From contig BFEA01000025.1 of assembly GCA_003427395.1 (NCBI GenBank), positions 3,888,066 to 3,941,583 on the forward strand: a DNA stretch of 53,518 bases. Direction: 5' to 3'. Position 1 is the stretch's first letter, and each line of letters begins with the position of its first letter. Below are positions 34,596 to 46,405 of the stretch, piece by piece. The notes under the pieces were generated by a model, which saw only the letters and a list, made by a program, of their open reading frames with translations, searched no databases and was not told where the DNA came from. The DNA is from Chara braunii. Taxonomy: Eukaryota; Plantae; Charophyceae. Position numbers and translations under genes: made by a program.

Positions 34596-35371
34596 AGCCA
34601 CTACCGTCCCAGTACGACTTTCACGGAGGTCAACTTTTTTTCAGGAGTGTTCCGATTGTTGAACTGTTTGCTTGTCGGACATTTCAGAGTTCCCGCCACA
34701 ATTTAAACTCGACGTCTTGTTTGGTTCCACTAGGAAAAGGCTCCTGAGCATGGTCATTCCTTGGAATGCCGATCATGATTCCCCGCACCGTTGAAAGAAA
34801 GGTGTTGTGGACTGGTTACATTGCCCAGTCCAGTGGGATTGAGAATATTTCTGCTGCCAGTTTTATGGCTATATTGTTTAAATTTGGTACTCGAAACAGA
34901 GTCTAACGAAATCAGAGGGATGCAGGATCCTGGCATTTCTCTTTTCTTGAAGAAGACTGGCACGACCCGCTTCTCTAGGCTTTTTTTCTTAAGGAGGCAT
35001 GTTGGAGATTGGAGGGCAAGGCGGGATTCCCCCACATGTTCACCCAATACCTGCACACTTTTGGCTAACATATTCTGGAGGATAGTCCTCATCCTGATTT
35101 GATGGTCAGTGGTGGTAGGATGTTGGGAATGGAGGTCTCACTACTGCTCTATTTCCCCATCTATGTCAGTTCTGTTACGAAGACGGAAGGAGTTCGGAGT
35201 TTTTGGTAGATGACCAGGTTCTGCTACGGTAGTTCATCGGTTGGTCTTGAGGACGAGTGGTTCCTCGGTGTGACTGGCTAGGTCACCATTTGCAGTTGCC
35301 AGATTTCTTGAGAAAGAATGGCTGTAGACATGAGAAAGTCCTTGGTGACCTTGATAAGATTGTGGAAGGTG

Positions 35372-35762
35372 CACAGAGCGGACCCCCCCACTGTTCTCGT
35401 AATACAGGGACTCATTCGACAGACCCCAAGTAGAAGCCAGAGAGGAACAGATGGTCAGGGCACGCTGACAGTAAATCCTCCTTCGAAGCCTGGAGGGAGC
35501 GATTGATTTATAATTGATTTGCGAATTTCGGACCATTTGAATTTCGCCTGGAGGCAATGATTAAGCATGAGCTCCTTCGAAGGAGTAATCGATGCTGGTC
35601 AGGGGTCCTTCGGCCAGACGGAAGGAAGCATTGAGTGAGTAATATGATGCAACCCGTTTCGACTTGCCGGGGGAATAGGAACCGGACTGACGCCTCCCCA
35701 GAATGGATATGGAGCCAGGCCCATAAGGACCTGTTTTAAAAAAAAAGAAAAAAAAAAAAAAG
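35372..35762 (+). mobile_element. 5'-truncated LINE 3' end of the same terminal type as the large LINE
   Basis: 14-bp TSD GATTGTGGAAGGTG (35358-35371, 35763-35776) and poly(A). Terminal 35661-35735 matches the reverse complement of ~27640-27711. Confidence 0.88.
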
Positions 35763-37077
35763 GATTGTGGAAGGTGAGCTGGTGCAGCTGTGGTCTTGAA
35801 CTGACAACCGTAGATGGTGACCTGATGTAGGTATGTTTATGTCCTCTTTGTGATAGTATCAAATCAGTGACCTAGGTCTAGTGTTGGGTGGATGTTATCA
35901 ATGTCCATTTCCCGAAAACCCAAGTTGAGTTATGGTTGGCGTATGATGGTTTGTGTCGATGTCGCAGTTTCTCTAATCTGGTGTGCATGTGATGTGCAAT
36001 AACTTGATGGCCTGTATGACAACTGTCACTATTCGTTGAAGTTGAAACCCTTTGTGATGTGCATCAACTGAAGCTGTTGCTGGGTGGTTGTGTCTTATGG
36101 CAGATGACTATCGTCATTTCATGGATTTCAATGACTAGGATGCAGACTATGGAACTTTATATCCTTGAGTAGCACAGTTGGGCTTGTGGGGGGGGGGGGG
36201 GGGGGGGGCGGGGGTGGGGAGGGGAAGGGAGAGAGAGTGTGTCGGTCTGGTGGAGGGAGGAGAAAGAGAGGTTTGGGTTTGAGGTTGTGTGGCTGGTGCT
36301 CCCATGCAAAGCGCTGAATTTGTTCACCAACAAATCAAACATGGAGATGCTGAATCTTCGGATCAGGTTAAAGCAATGATGCTTCTATGTTCAAACGCGG
36401 GAAAACCAGTTCTGGGCAGTCTTTGGCTACAGCTGAGCAGGAAGACCTACTAGAAAAGTGGGCGACACTGGGTCTTTCACCAGTGCATATCTGCAGGTTC
36501 TGGGGCACTGTTCTTATTGTGATTGCAAAGACGAAGAACACTTGCCATCCCGTATTATGGGGAGCCCAACTTATGGGGAAGAAAGGCTGCAAGGCGCCGG
36601 GTCAATGACCAATGGAACATACATGAGGCTAGTGGACAGCTGTTACTTTGACTACAGGTCAGAAATAAGGCCAGCACCGACAGCTTTGGTCCACCTGCAG
36701 GTCCCACCCGTACAGGTGGTTGAGGTGATGCCTGGAAGCAATGTGGCAATTGAGATGGCGCATCACGATTCACAGCACCTCCCTGTGCCTGGTATTTACT
36801 ACCTCACACCCTTCCTGTCTGCTTTAATGGATAATACGGAACCCAAGCATCTGTGTCCACATCAGTTTGGAAAAATACCATAGGAGGCCTATATATCCTC
36901 ATGATTTGTGACATTAGCCTGTTCTGTTTTCTTGGTGCTTTACATCTCCTCGCACACAGAACATATGCATGCTTACTCTGCTTGGATGTGATATTTTATG
37001 CTTGCTGTGCTGCTCAATCTCCTGGTATTTCTCTCCTTTCTCTATATGCTTCCCTTTCATTTCCTACACCTTTCCTC

Positions 37078-37155
<78 letters not shown>

Positions 37156-38409
37156 NGCCATCTTTGCCGATTTTTAATTATTTTTTGGCATTGACAAATG
37201 CCCTGAAAATTTACAGATATGTAGTTTACATAATCAATAACTCGTTAAAAAAGTTTCAAAAAATCATAAGTTTGTTTAGGCCCCGAAATAAAGTGAAAAA
37301 AAAAAGTTAAAAGTGAAAAAAAAGAAAATCGTGACAGGGCGAGCACGTTTTGACACCCCCATCTTTGACGATTTTTAATGTTTTTTTGGCTTAGCAGAAT
37401 GACTTCAAAATTCACAGGCGTGTAGGTTACATCCTAGAGAACTCACAAAAAAACATTCAGAAAAAACCTTATTTTTGATCCTGTATATATATATATACCT
37501 TAGGGGTGTGTGTGGATTGGACTTTCTTCTCTGTGATGGTCACATGTTCCGGCAGTGTCTGCGTCGATCACTATGGCAGTCATGCTGTGTGGTTGGTTCG
37601 TAAGAGGTGCTTTTGGTGTGGTGAAGTATTGCTAGTTCTCTTAGTAGACGTGCATGCTGATAAACACAAGCAACACACAAATTTAATACTGTGGCAAGTT
37701 GATCGATTACTTCTGGATTTTCCTCTCATTGTGGACCTGTTTTTTCCCCCTTCTGATATTGCTGGCACTTTCATATTCTTCTCCCGCCTCTTCCTTGGCC
37801 TTCTTTAGAAAGATCTGAAACCAACCCCTTTGCGGCTTCACCCCTGCTGACACTGGGAAGCTCTCCTACACGTCCTCTTCAATCACCCCACCTCCGCCTT
37901 CTCCCCTTGTGCTGACAGATAGCACTCATGCAGCCCATGAGTGCTTCTTTCCATGCTTGTTCAACACAAGACCTCTACATCGCCAACTGGACACAAGATC
38001 CCAACATCCCCCCTCTGCCTTCTCCCCTCGTGCTGATGGATAGCACATCAGCCCACATCTGCCTTTTTCTGATGGTTGTGCAGCCCTGCACCCCAACATC
38101 GGCCCTCAACCTTCAGCCTCCTTCCTCGTCCTCCCTGCACCTTGAAAACCGTGTGACAACCCATGCACACGTGCGGCAAAGATCACTCATTCACACTCCT
38201 CCCAAGGATGGCTCGTATAAAGTTATACACTCAGTCAAAAACCCTTTGGTGTGCTGGTTGTTGCCGACTTTTCTTGCCGGAACAAGTGATTATGCCTGAG
38301 GTTGAGGGGGCGATCAGTTTGGATCTATCAGTCATATACCCATCTGTGTAACTCAGTGATCAAATCTGGACATGCAGAAGTTTGAGCACTTGGCTTGAAA
38401 CACGACTAA

Positions 38410-38550
38410 GGGCATACTCACACTAGCACCTTTTGAAGCTTTTAGTAACTTCTTTTACTTCTTTCTGGACGGAATTGCCGCCAGATGTATATAGGTTCAG
38501 GAGAAAATGCGGTCAGATAGACTTAAGATAGTACTAGTGTGAGTCCGCCC
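38410..38550. mobile_element. Harbinger-type MITE
   Basis: GGGCATACTCACACTAG / CTAGTGTGAGTCCGCCC, with TAA/TAC flanks. Confidence 0.7.
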
Positions 38551-38719
38551 TACGACACCGTTTCTCCAGAACTTATGGATTGATATCTGAGCAACTGAAT
38601 GAGTCAGCTTTCTTATGGCTTGGTGGGAGTGATGTGCACCTCCTTTTGTTGGCTCGGTTCAGGCTTGTGAACACCGAATTCGGAAAAATATTTGGCGAAC
38701 TCCGAAATCTCCTCTGAAT

Positions 38720-38757
38720 CTGTCTCTTATACACATCTAGATGTGTATAAGAGACAG
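38720..38757. other. Complete Nextera mate-pair junction adapter (artefact)
   Basis: CTGTCTCTTATACACATCTAGATGTGTATAAGAGACAG. Confidence 0.98.
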
Positions 38758-39079
38758 CCTCCTCACCTCCTCACCTCCCATGCCTCTCTTTTTCGCTTCC
38801 TCAATCTCTGGGTCTCATACCTCTCTTTCTTAATTTATCTTTTGCTTCCTACCTCTCTAATGCACTTCTTTTTCTGTCCATTTCTTTTCTGCTGCTTTTG
38901 GAAGGATTTCACTAACCTCAGAGTCCCAGTCCCAGTTTAAGTCCCAGCCATGTATCATAGTCACAACCGGTAGGTGTCATAGGCCCCATCCATACATCAG
39001 TAGGTAGGCCCATCCAGTAGGCCGATAGGTTATAATGCTACCAGCAGTAACCTGAATTCGTTAACCCTTCCCCAACTGT

Positions 39080-40445
39080 TGCTCTCCCCTTGTCGCTTCT
39101 GACCTCCATTATGACTCCCTCCCTGCCTCCCTCCTCCCCCTGCTAGCACTCCCCCCTCTTGCAACCCGCCCCCTCCCCCCGTTGCGCTCTGTCCGCCTTG
39201 TGCTCCCCCTGCCTTGTGCTTCCTCCCACTTGTTCCCTCCCTTCCTGCCTTTGCTCCCCCTCTCCCTCCCACCGCATCCCTTACTCCCTCCTTCCCTTCC
39301 TCTCACTGCAGCTCCCCGCTCGCACTCTTCCCGTCTTGCTCCCCCTCTATTCCTCCTTGCACTCCCCATCTGAGTACCCCTCTGGCTCCCCATTTTGGTC
39401 AACCTCCGGGCCAGTCTCCTCCCCCCTCCGTTCTTGCTCCACCCTCCTGCTGCCTTGCTCACTCTGCCCTTTCCCTTCAACTCGTCAATCCCTCTCTCCT
39501 TGCTCGGTCTCACTTCTCGCTATCTCTCACTCTTCGCTGCCTATCGCTTCTCACCCCCTCTCTTACTCATAATTCCCCACTTCCTCTCTCACTCCTCACC
39601 GTCTCAGCTCTCGCTCCTGCTGCCTCTCACTCCTCCGCCCCTCTTGCTCATCACTCCACTTCTCTTTCACTCCCCCTCTCAACCCATCTCTCTCCCTCTC
39701 TGATTCTCTGCTCCATGCCTCTTCCTCCTCACTCTCTCTGACTCCTTGATACCTCTCTCCTTGCTCTCTGTCATTCCACTCCTTGCTCTAACTCCACTTT
39801 TGCTCCCTCTCACTTCTCTCTCTCAATCCCTTGATCTCTCTCTCAATCCCTTGATCTCTCTCTCATCACTCCCTCGCTCTCTCCCCGTCTCCCTCACTCT
39901 CTCCTTCAGTGGATCTCCCTTCCTCACTCTCTCCCCCTCACTCCTCCTCACTCCTCACTCCTCACTCCTCACTCCCATCTGTCCACTGTACCCTCACTCT
40001 CCCAAAACTCTCGCCCTCACTCCCCCCTCGCTCCCCCCCACATTTTCCCCCCTCCCCCCACACTTCGCCCACTCCCCTATCCTTCACTCTCTCCCTCCCT
40101 CTGGCCTCTCACTTGGACCTCTCACTCGGCCCTCTCACTCGGACCTCTCACTCTCCCCCTCACTCTCCCCCTCTTTCTCTCTCTCTTCCTCCCTCTTTCC
40201 CTCACTCGGACCTCTCACTCTCTCATCTCACTCTCCCTACGCTCTCCCTCCTCTCTCTCACTCTCCCTCACTCCCCTCACTCCCCCTGTCTTTCAGACTC
40301 CCTCTTTCCCCCTTTCGCTTCCTTACCCTCTCTCCCCTTCGCTCCTTTTCTATGTCTGTCCCACTTGTTTTCCTTCCTCTCTATTTTCCTCCCCTATCTT
40401 CCCTCCTATCCTGGTACCCTGTTTTGGTCCCTCTTTCCTTCTCAC
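39080..40445 (+). repeat. ~1.4-kb pyrimidine-rich (CT/CTCA) low-complexity tract
   Basis: Strong C/T bias on the + strand. It generates spurious Leu/Ser/Pro ORFs. Confidence 0.9.
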
Positions 40446-40511
40446 ATGCTGGGTCCGTGGATCCTTTTACTGATGGTCTTCATTTTTGTTGAAATTGATT
40501 GGGTCAAGCAG

Positions 40512-40750
40512 ATTGTGTGGTGCTTGGGAGCTCACCGAAGGTGGAGGAGGTGAAAACCCTCCAGAAAAGGCTGGTAACAGAGATGCAGCTATCCCGTGCA
40601 TTGCAGTCGAAGCTCCAGTGGTACGAAGAGGAGCGCTCAAGGGAGCTGCAAGATATTTCACGCAATTTAGAGGCTTTGCGAGAAAAGGAGAAAGAGCTGG
40701 AAATCTTTGTCAGTGAAAACAGATCCAGAGCACGGCAAGATCAGCTTCAG
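40512..40750 (+). CDS. Coiled-coil protein, internal exon (first of four identified)
   Basis: CAG acceptor and CAG/GT donor. Encodes ...EEVKTLQKRLVTEMQLSRALQSKLQWYEEERSRELQDISRNLEALREKEKELE...QDQLQ. Ends in phase 0, matching the next exon. Confidence 0.8.
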
Positions 40751-40925
40751 GTGGTTACAGTGCCTCATTTGTATCCGGTCGACCAGACTTGAGCTCTGAA
40801 ATCTGCAGGCCATGCCTGTGTACACATGCTTCTCCCCCAATGTCTTAAACAATATGTTTGCTATCACAATGTATTTGTCAGAACTGCATATTTTGCCTGG
40901 TGGTATATTCTTTAATGTTGTATAC

Positions 40926-42093
40926 TGCAATAACCCATGACATATGTCTCGAGGAACTGAGGGCCATCAGAAGGCCTACTTGGCCGCCCTCAGCCCAGGC
41001 CAAACAAGGGCAGAAAACCCCCCTCACGAATTCAGGGCCTGGGCGTGTGACAGTTGACTTTTGTCAACTGTAGGTCCACCCAACAGTCAAAGTCCAGAGG
41101 TACCTAGCCCAGGCCGCAGGTCAAGCACACACAATTGTTTGTATGCAGGTACCCAGACAGCATTAGGTCCAAGGGAGAAGTCTGCAACTGTACAATCCGG
41201 GCCTTGAGATGTGAGTCAATCTGGACGACTGGAGGAAAGGCACCCGAGGCCAGACAGCCCCGACGACTGCTACTTAAGGCTGGCCTCGAGCGAGTCAAGC
41301 ATTCAGTCGTGCTATGCGGCTTTGACGCTGGCTCGACTTTTGTGAGACACTGACCACATGCTGGCTGCGCGCAGGCGCTGCGACGACGACACGGAAGGGA
41401 GGCAGCATGCTGGCGTTTTCTGTGTGCGCCAGGCTATGCTGAGGTGGCGCGGCCTCTGGTCGATGTGGCATGCTGATGTGGTGCCGCCTCTGGTATATGT
41501 GGCGCTGTCGCTGGTCGACGTGGCATGCTGACGTGGCGCTGCCTCTGGTCTACGTGGCATGCTGATGGGGCGCTGCCTCTGATATATGTGGCGCTGCTCC
41601 TGGTCTACGTGGTGCTGCTATTGGTCTTCATTGATGATTTGGCATATGCCACCTGGCTTGATTGCTGATGTGGCATTGTCCACGCTGTCTACATGAGGTG
41701 ACTGGTTGGGAGGAGGACGAAGATCGGGATCTGTGGATGTAGGGAATCGGATATTCACCTGTGGTTGACGTCGTCACTGGAAATCTGCTGTGACTTCAGG
41801 GTCTTCATGAGAAAAGTGCCACGTGGCACTATTGTGTGCGTGTATGTGATCAAGAATATACTTGTTATAATTGATGAAGTGATGTGGAAAGAAGCCCGAA
41901 GAAGGAGAGGGATCCGAAGGGTTCTGTGTGATCTCTCTTCCTCTCCTTTGTCTATTCTCCCTCAAATCTCTTCTCTTTTTGATATTGAGTTACTGTTTGA
42001 GATATCACTTCATGATCTGGAGACTTTCATACAGATATTGAAGCTACAGTGGATTGACGACTTCTGAGTACCTATCAGAGTGGGTTCATTACA
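40926..42093. mobile_element. Solo LTR (1.17 kb) in an intron
   Basis: TGCAATAACCCA...TGGGTTCATTACA inverted TG/CA termini. 4-bp TSD ATAC (40922-40925, 42094-42097). Internal tandem ACGTGG/ATGTGG repeats. Confidence 0.75.
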
Positions 42094-42903
42094 ATACTAT
42101 TTTTTCCAGTACGTTGCCGGTAATCCATTGTATACGATGTCTCACCGAGTAGTCACTTTTTCAGTCAGTTTTTATTTTGCATTGCTGTCAACTTAGAAGT
42201 TTTCTGTCTGGATTTGGTAATGTGGAGTGATGAGAATGACTCGAACAATGAGAATGTGATGCACCAGCCACAACGCATCAAGGTTAGTCATGAAATGTGT
42301 CGATTCGTTTGCTGAGTGATGATCTCTGTGTTTTGATTAGGTGTTGAAGACAGTGAGGAGTCTGGTTAAATGACATTTACAGTTTTGACAATCAGTGATT
42401 CATTTGGCTATGATTTACTAGCTGGTAGAAACAATGGTAATGTGATACTATAATCACAATTCCATTCGGTAGGTAAATGGGAGTGAGGCTCAACCACCAA
42501 CCTTTTTTATCTTTTTCGAAGTTTTTTGATCTTTTTTCTTTAAAAGAAAGGGAGTGAGGCACCAGCTCGTTGGTTCTGGAATCTCAATGGAATCGAGGAA
42601 AGGTTCTAGATGGTGATCGCTGCCCTTGCAGGTAAGTTGTCGGGACTAGTAGAATAATATCGTGTGGTGAGCTGTTAACCATGGCATTCTGAGGAATTTG
42701 TGGTGTACATGTTGTGAGCAGCGGCAGACAGAATCTAGAGAACATAATTTTGTTTGCTTAGTTTGCTTTTAAACTTTAAAGCAGAAAAAGGTTTGATGGT
42801 TACCTGCCTCATTGCTATAAGGCCGTACTCTTGACTTTTCTCAAATACCTGATCGCATGTGCAGTCAGCTATGCCTAGAAAGTCTGGCGTGAGCGGTACA
42901 CAC

Positions 42904-43472
42904 TTAAACCACGACTCTACCCGACACCGAAAAGTGGCATTCCGGTGAGATCGGAGCGGGTCTTTAGGGGGGCCGCCGACCGGCGGGCGCAGGCAGGTCC
43001 GGTCCTACAATTTTCACGCACCAACTTAGGCTAGTTTTTGCGCTCTGAAAAACCAAGAAAAAAATCTGAAAATTTGAGATCCTGTAGATTAGGTCGTAAT
43101 CTTTCCAGGAAAAATATCAGAAAAATGATAAAAAAAAAAATAGCCCATGAAATAAATGCCGTGCCAATTCGTCACAGTTTCCATTTTTGCCACTCTACAA
43201 CTTGTGAGTCTGTTGTGACCCAAAGGCAAAAGTACTCCAATTCAAGAATATGTTAAAAAATCTGAAACTTGGAGGGTCTGTAGATTTGGTTGTGATCTTT
43301 GCAGGAAAAAAAAAAAAAAAAAAGGTTTCAGCCGCGAAGTCGGTTGTGGCGGCAATTCATCGCATTCCATTGTCACCGCTGTGCCGGTTCACCACACTAT
43401 GGTACCGGTAGCCTCGTGAACCTGTGCTACCGCTCCGACGAATTTCCAATGTCAGGTAGAGTGGTGGTTTAA
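42904..43472. mobile_element. TTAA-type non-autonomous element
   Basis: TTAA-ACCACGACTCTACC ... GGTAGAGTGGTGGT-TTAA. Confidence 0.85.
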
Positions 43473-43850
43473 GAGGCACAACTTAGAAGGTTAGCAACTT
43501 GACAGCTAGAACTTCAAATCCTGTGAGATAAAGTTAGGGGGATGATTCCCTTTTGGAAAAGAAAGAAGGAAAAAGATGATTTGATGTGTTCTGCAAAAGT
43601 GAGGAGGATTTGCAGCCTCTGGATTTCTGAGGGTTCCATGTATCATTGAACAGCAAGCTACTCTGCGAGCGCAAACATATTGACCTCCGGGTGCATCTTT
43701 GGTTGTTTTGTCGAGCACGGATAGACTCTGAAGGTAAAGAGAGCAGTGCAGATGGATGAAGTCGGATTTAAAAATTAAAAGGGCATTCAGTGCCATTCAC
43801 TGATTTTGTTGAGTTGCTTGTGTTTGATTATTGCTCATGCAAAAGTGCAG

Positions 43851-44013
43851 GCTAAGGTGAATGCTAAGAAGAAGGTTGAGCACCTAGAGAAGCAGCTTAT
43901 GGAGCTGAAAAACGACTGCAGTGCAAGAAGTGGCATTCTGCAGACAAGACAGGATGATATGGAGAGGCTGAAGGCAGAGCTGGCTGAGAAAGGAGCAGAG
44001 GCAGAAGAACTCG
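43851..44013 (+). CDS. Coiled-coil protein, internal exon
   Basis: TGCAG acceptor and G/GTAAGT donor. 163 nt, phase 0 to 1. AKVNAKKKVEHLEKQLMELKND...LKAELAEKGAEAEEL. Confidence 0.85.
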
Positions 44014-44941
44014 GTAAGTAATTAGACTGAAGTTACTGAACGTCTGTGGAAAAAAGGGAAAGAAGGGAATCGTGTGTGGATTGATTGTGCACAGCGACTG
44101 AGGTTTCATCACTGAGGATTCAAAGTCCAAAATAATGTGATGTCTAAGCTTCATCAATCCTTGAGATTCAGACTTATCTCTACTCTCGTCCTTTGGCCAC
44201 GTGTGTAGTTGCAAACTAGTCAAAACACTCGATGTAGTTCTTCTATACAGATGGAAATGCTATTGTATCTATCTGGTAAACGTAGTTAAAAATTGTTTAA
44301 TTGACTTGCATCCAGGGGTAGTTCAGATGTTGTTCAGCAGTCCTCACCTATTCTGGGCTTCTCGATCCGTCGGATTGTTATCTCTACCACAGTTGTGCAC
44401 ATTCTCATCGATTGATAAGTAACGGGTCAAAATTTCTCAAAAACCAGGCTACGATCTGGACGGTCGTACACACACCCACACTGCGTGGATCAGGGAGCCA
44501 CATTGGGGAAAGAAAGCTTAGGTACTGGAATTTTGTCGGCAAATTCCGTTTCCAGTCAGGGCTGGTCATCTCTGTGAGGCTTTGGGTGCGCAGTCCACAT
44601 TCTATGAGGCCAGCACTCTTGCATGAAACTTGCAGTCGAAAAGTGATAGACTGATTCCTGTTCGTCATTCTCGTTACAGTTCAACTCTTCTTTGCCTCTC
44701 CAGTGTACCAGCCTCCTCTCCAGTGTACCAGCCTCAATCACCAGCTTTCACTGTCACCTAGTTGCTGCAGAAACCGCGTTGTGGGAGTTCGTGGGGGACG
44801 TGGAGCACTTGAATGCCCATTTTTGTCAGCACTGAGAAGATCGACAGCTGCAGCAACAGCTGTAATGCCATTTGCAGCAACAACCATAGCAGTGAAAACA
44901 GTAATAACAGCAGCGGGAGTAGCAACAGTGAAACCATGAAT

Positions 44942-44976
44942 GGACTGAGTCCTTGAGAGCAAGAGTGAGTGCTTGC

Positions 44977-45049
<73 letters not shown>

Positions 45050-45163
45050 CAAAAGCTACTACTGGCCTAGAATAAAATGATATCATCGGGCTGGGTGTGC
45101 ATCATTCTCATTATTGCTACCGCGAGTTAAAAAGGACCGAGTCCTTGAGAGCAAGAGTGAGTG

Positions 45164-45210
<47 letters not shown>

Positions 45211-45290
45211 AAAAGCTACTACTGGCCTATAGTAAAATGATATCATCAAGCTGGGTGTGCATCATTCTCATTGTTGTGATTGGGAGTTAA
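44942..45290. repeat. Tandem duplication of a unit containing a (GA)n tract
   Basis: GGAC.GAGTCCTTGAGAGCAAGAGTGAGTGCTTG-(GA)n-CAAAAGCTACTACTGGCCTA...GCTGGGTGTGCATCATTCTCATT occurs twice, with divergence. Confidence 0.85.
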
Positions 45291-45680
45291 AACTAAAAAC
45301 CAGTTAAAAAAAAACGCTTGTATGGGCAGGCTAAGTAAAACTACGATAGTAAGATGTGAGTTCTGAGCGTATTGTTGAAGTTCGTGATACTTTTCAGCTG
45401 GAGTTTGTGGACTTGGTCCCCCACCGTGTGTCGTCTGTGAAATGTAAACCTACGCAGAGTGTGACACGTTTTTGTTGGATTCTAGGTTACCTGACAGGGT
45501 GTCTGGACTGCCTCTTGCTGTCCAGGTCAGGTCAGGGCAAGGTCCTGGGCCACCCCAGCAGAACTGAAAACGATTTCAAAACAATGTAGAAAAAATATTC
45601 AAAAATATTATGTTCTGTAAAGTTGCAGTTCAAACAAGTTTTGACTGAGAGTCACTTCGGTATTACTTACTAATTTCAAG

Positions 45681-46405
45681 TTAAACCACCAGTACCTCCG
45701 AGCCTGTTTTTGCCGACCCTGAATTTCACTGCGCTCCGAGTTTTGCCGAGCCTGGGTACTCTTTCTGGTACTCTCACGGAAAGAACAAAAAAAAAACAAA
45801 AAAGAAAAGAAAAGTTGCGGCCGTGAAACTCAGAAAAAAAAAGAAAAAAGAGGAAACAAAGCTTTGGTCGTGATTGCAGTTGTATATATTCTTGGAAGTG
45901 GTAGTGTGAGTGTGCCCTCAATGAGGGCATCTCAGCCCCGTGGCCAGGTTGTCAGATTCCAAAAAGAGAATAAACGGGGAAAAAAACGGGCACATGTATC
46001 CGACCGTGAAAATGGCTGGATACATTCCCCTAAGTGCCAGTGTGATGAGCCTTACAATCCTCTGACAAAACACAGCTTCAGCAGATCACGGACAGCTTGA
46101 GCAATTCATGGACAGGGGACTCATAAGAAACACACGACCAACAAAAAAAAGAAAATAGTAACATTCAGAATGTGACCGCCTTACCTATAAGGTGCATTCT
46201 GTGGAGGAAGATTGTGAGCACGGCCTCCTGGACTACCCAACCTGACATCATTGCAGTAGAGAAAGCATTTTTTTTGCCCCTTTTTCCGTCACTATAAAAT
46301 TCAGATTTATGGGACATTGCCGACCCTGTGTCCCACCCCGAAAAGTTCGGGTACTGGCCAAGACATCGTAATTTCCCAACACTGGCAGAGGTACTGGTGG
46401 TTTAA
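45681..46405. mobile_element. TTAA-type non-autonomous element
   Basis: TTAA-ACCACCAGTACCTC ... GAGGTACTGGTGGT-TTAA (perfect 14-bp TIR). Confidence 0.9.

Larger units (their letters stand above)
27020..34700. repeat. Old degenerate ~135-bp tandem array interrupted by several insertions
   Basis: Recurrent motifs TGAATGGATCGTG, AGTACAACTT (33432, 33567; variants at 33700, 33836), CTATGGAGGT and GATTGTTTGACTGTTTG occur on both sides of the LINE. Confidence 0.7.

Noticed and set aside
36367-36500. Upstream exon of the coiled-coil gene
   Set aside because: All frames from the obvious acceptor hit stops, and no strong phase-1 donor was found.
38720-38757. Bacterial Tn5/IS50 insertion or horizontal transfer
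   Set aside because: Exact match to the Nextera mate-pair junction adapter, with no transposase nearby.
39030-40553. Long Leu/Ser/Pro-rich ORFs
   Set aside because: The pyrimidine-rich low-complexity sequence lacks stop codons in all frames.
42560-42637. Extra exon ending at a strong CAG/GTAAGT donor
   Set aside because: The nearest acceptors give lengths that break the frame between the flanking phase-0 junctions. RNA-seq is needed.
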